The notes beneath the pieces are model-generated. The model was not told the origin of the DNA, did no database searches, and saw only the letters and a list, made by a program, of their open reading frames with translations. From NCBI GenBank assembly GCA_036785375.1, contig JAWMAR010004428.1, positions 1 to 51,046 of the forward strand: DNA of 51,046 nucleotides, written 5' to 3'. This stretch comes from Leucoraja ocellata (taxonomy: Eukaryota). This document shows positions 48,185-51,046 of the stretch, piece after piece. How positions within the stretch are numbered: the first letter of the stretch is position 1; each line of letters starts with the position of its first letter. The position numbers and the translations under genes are program-made.

Positions 48185-49505
48185 AGAGTCATAGAGTAAT
48201 TCAACATGGAAAAAGGCCCTTCTTAGGCCCAACTTTCCCCACACCGGCCAAAATGTCCAAGTTTGACTAATCCCACCTGCCTACATACCTCTACGTCTAT
48301 CCTATCCATGTACCTGTCTATTTCTTAAACATTGCGATAGTCCCTGCCTCAGATACCTCCTCTGGCAGCTTGTTCCATACACCCATCACCCTTTGTGTGA
48401 AAAAGGAACCCCTCAGATTCCTATTAAATCTGTCCCCCTTCACCTTAAATACATGTCCTCTGGTCCTCTATTCTGCTACCCTGGGCAAGAAATTCTGTGC
48501 ATCTACCCAATCTATTCCTCTCATGATTTTGCACACCTCTATAAGATCACCCCTCATCCTCCTGCGCTGCAAGGAATAGAGTACCAGCATACTCAACTTC
48601 TCCCGATAGCCCAGACCTTCGAGTACTGGAAACATCCTCGTAAATCTTATCTGTACCCTTTCTAACTTTGGAACAACGTTTCTATAATTGGTGCCCAAAA
48701 CTGAACACAATACTCCAAATGCGGCCTCACCAACGACCTATTTAACTGCAACATGATCTCCCAACTATTGCAGTATACTCAATAGGTAGACACAAAATGC
48801 TGTGAGTAACTCAGCAGGACAGGCAGCATCTCAGGAGAGAAGGAATGGGTGACATTTCAGGTCGAGACCCTTCTTCTGTCTGTTACTCCAGCATTTTGTG
48901 TCTACCTTTGATTTAAACAAGCATCTGCAGTTCCTTCCGACACATTATATACTCAATACTCTGACTGATGAAGACCAATGTGCCAAAAGTCTTTTTTACC
49001 TATCCACCTGTGACTCTACCTTCAAGGAAGTATATACCTGCACTCCTACATCCCTCTGCTCTACAAAACTACACTCCCCAGAGCCCCAACATTAACTGTG
49101 TATGTCCTGCCCAAGTTAGACTTCCCAAAATGTAACACTTCACATTTCTCTGTATTAAGTTCCATCAACCACTCCTCAGCCCATCTGGCCAACCTGTTGC
49201 AAGTTTTCATAACCATCATCACTGTTTGAAATATCACCCACTTTTATATTATCTGCAACTAACTAATCTTGCCATGTATGTTCTCATCCAAATCATTACA
49301 AACAGTAATGGGCCCAGCACTGCACCATGAGCCACCACTGGTCACAGGCCTCCAGTCCAAGAACCAACGTTCTACCATCACCCATGATGGAGTTCCTTCC
49401 ATGAAGCCAATTTTCTATCCATTTAGCTATCTCTCTATGGCTCCCGTGCGATCTAACTTTTCAGAGCAGCCTACCATATGAAACCTTGTTGAATGATTTG
49501 CTCAA
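48185..49505 (-). mobile_element. CR1 LINE 3' portion
   Basis: [42 protein letters not shown]; (agagtcat) tail. Confidence 0.88.
48785..48947. mobile_element. Short Penelope terminal-repeat element inserted into a CR1 LINE
   Basis: Flanked by direct repeat TATACTCAATA (48774-48784, 48948-48958); internal inverted arms ggtagacacaaaatgctg / cagcattttgtgtctacc. Confidence 0.75.
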
Positions 49506-49730
49506 TTCCATATCTATCTATACTATTACTAAAAGTCTCATCTTGTCCCACTTCCTGTCTACATTGTAAATAAATTTTAGAAAAACGCTACCCTATATTG
49601 CTATGATTATTTTGCCATCTTACTCACCGCCCTCCTCTCCTCCAACCACCCCGAGATTTTTTCTGATCGGTGAAAGAATAAAAAAGTTATGAATGTTTAA
49701 AAAAAATCATGAGATCAACTGACCTTGGAC

Positions 49731-50012
49731 CTGCACTGTGCTTGACTTGAAATGAAATGGATGTTGTTTTTGGCCCTGAACTATGCTTGACTTGAAATGA
49801 AATGGATGTTGTTTTTGGCCCTGCACTGTGCTTGACTTGAAATGGAATGTATTCAATTGTTGGCCCTGCACTGTGCTTGACTTGAAATAGAATGGATTGA
49901 ATTGTTGGCTCTGCACTGTCCTTGATTTGTAATGGAATGGATTCAATTTTTGTCCCTGCACTTTGCTTGACTTGGAATGGAATGGATTGAATTGTTGGCC
50001 CTGCACTGTGCT
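49731..50012 (+). repeat. Minisatellite, 45-bp unit, ~6 copies
   Basis: ctgcactgtgcttgacttgaaatg(a/g)aatggat..tggcc repeated at 45-bp spacing. Confidence 0.93.
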
Positions 50013-50188
50013 TGGTCCAAAGGTCCTGCTCACTCCGGAAGTCCTGCTCACTCCAGAAGTCCCATTTAGTGGACAGGCCGCGCTCAGCCGCATGTGTAGG
50101 TCCCAGACGGTTTTACTGTCATATATATGTTGTGTGTGTGTGTGTGAGTGAGTGTGTGTGAGTTGAGATGGAGGGTGTCTGTGTGTTT

Positions 50189-50420
50189 NNNNNNNNNNNN
50201 NNNNNNNNNNNNNNNNNNNNNNNNNNNNNNNNNNNNNNNNNNNNNNNNNNNNNNNNNNNNNNNNNNNNNNNNNNNNNNNNNNNNNNNNNNNNNNNNNNNN
50301 NNNNNNNNNNNNNNNNNNNNNNNNNNNNNNNNNNNNNNNNNNNNNNNNNNNNNNNNNNNNNNNNNNNNNNNNNNNNNNNNNNNNNNNNNNNNNNNNNNNN
50401 NNNNNNNNNNNNNNNNNNNN
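50189..50420. other. Assembly gap (232 N) within a (GT)n microsatellite region
   Basis: N run flanked by GT arrays. Confidence 1.
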
Positions 50421-50441
50421 TGGAGGGTGTGTGTGTGATGG

Positions 50442-50516
<75 letters not shown>

Positions 50517-51046
50517 TGGAGGGTGTGTGTGTGAGCCACCAGCCTCGATTGAGTCAACTTACAGCTCACCAGCCCTGAGTGAGGCAACTGCCAGCCCATC
50601 TTTGACCTTCCTCAAACCACTCATTCAGCCCACAAGGCCCTATTAGCCCAGAAACCAGGCCCCGTTTCCCAAAATGCCTGTATTAGCCCAGGTGGAGCAT
50701 TTTGGCCCAAAAGAACACGTCAGGCCAGGAAAGGTCCAGAAACAATGTATTTCACTGAGATTTCACTGAGATTGTTTTTGTCTCATTGGCCAATCAGGCC
50801 TGCACTAGCCCAGGAGGAGTCCCTTCAGCCCATCAGCAAGTATTCCCCTGTAAGTATTAAACCTCAGCCAAGTATTTTTATCCCTCCCATCATTGGCTCC
50901 GTGTGAGATCCACGCCAGGATAGGCGTTCCTCCTTCATTGTTGTGATCTGTAGAAAACTGTCTAAAATTGAATCTCCACCCCCCCCCCCCCCCCCCCCCC
51001 CCTTCTCTCTCACCTATTTTGGGCAGAATTTCTGGCAGTTTCTGAG

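Larger units (their letters stand above)
49517..51046 (+). mobile_element. Possible non-autonomous Helitron-like element; 5' end only
   Basis: Starts A^TCTATACTATTACTAAAA right after a CR1 truncation; internal mini- and microsatellites; no 3' CTAG/hairpin seen before the window end. Confidence 0.4.

Noticed and set aside
49731-50012. Regular repeat array resembling CRISPR
   Set aside because: Whole 45-bp units repeat with no unique spacers, there are no cas genes, and the context is eukaryotic.

Overview
Vertebrate genomic DNA, most likely a cartilaginous fish such as a skate or ray. The organism is inferred from the CR1/HER1-type LINEs, tRNA-SINEs and Penelope-like repeats, not shown directly. 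One complete multi-exon gene can be assembled by hand on the minus strand (ATG 27266 to TAA 4867, 16 coding exons, all introns phase 1). It encodes a type I membrane group-B SRCR receptor of the CD163/WC1/SCART type: signal peptide, 7 SRCR domains, TM helix and a Tyr-motif tail ([14 protein letters not shown]), about 991 aa once repaired. Its oddities are a 1-bp frameshift in the SRCR3 exon, a GC splice donor on a linker exon, a tandem duplication in SRCR1 and a Glu in the TM. Upstream is a ~1.4-1.55 kb tandem duplication in which each copy carries a kB-like site, GC box and TATA box. The rest is repeat-dominated: CR1 LINEs, Penelope-like elements whose termini carry hammerhead-ribozyme cores, a non-autonomous hAT with a 1.2 kb G-rich minisatellite, a Gmr1/SCAN-type LTR relic with a tRNA-Ala PBS, a Tc1 fragment, SINEs, minisatellites and two N gaps. 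Exon coordinates were read base by base; repeat boundaries are approximate; no database searches were run.
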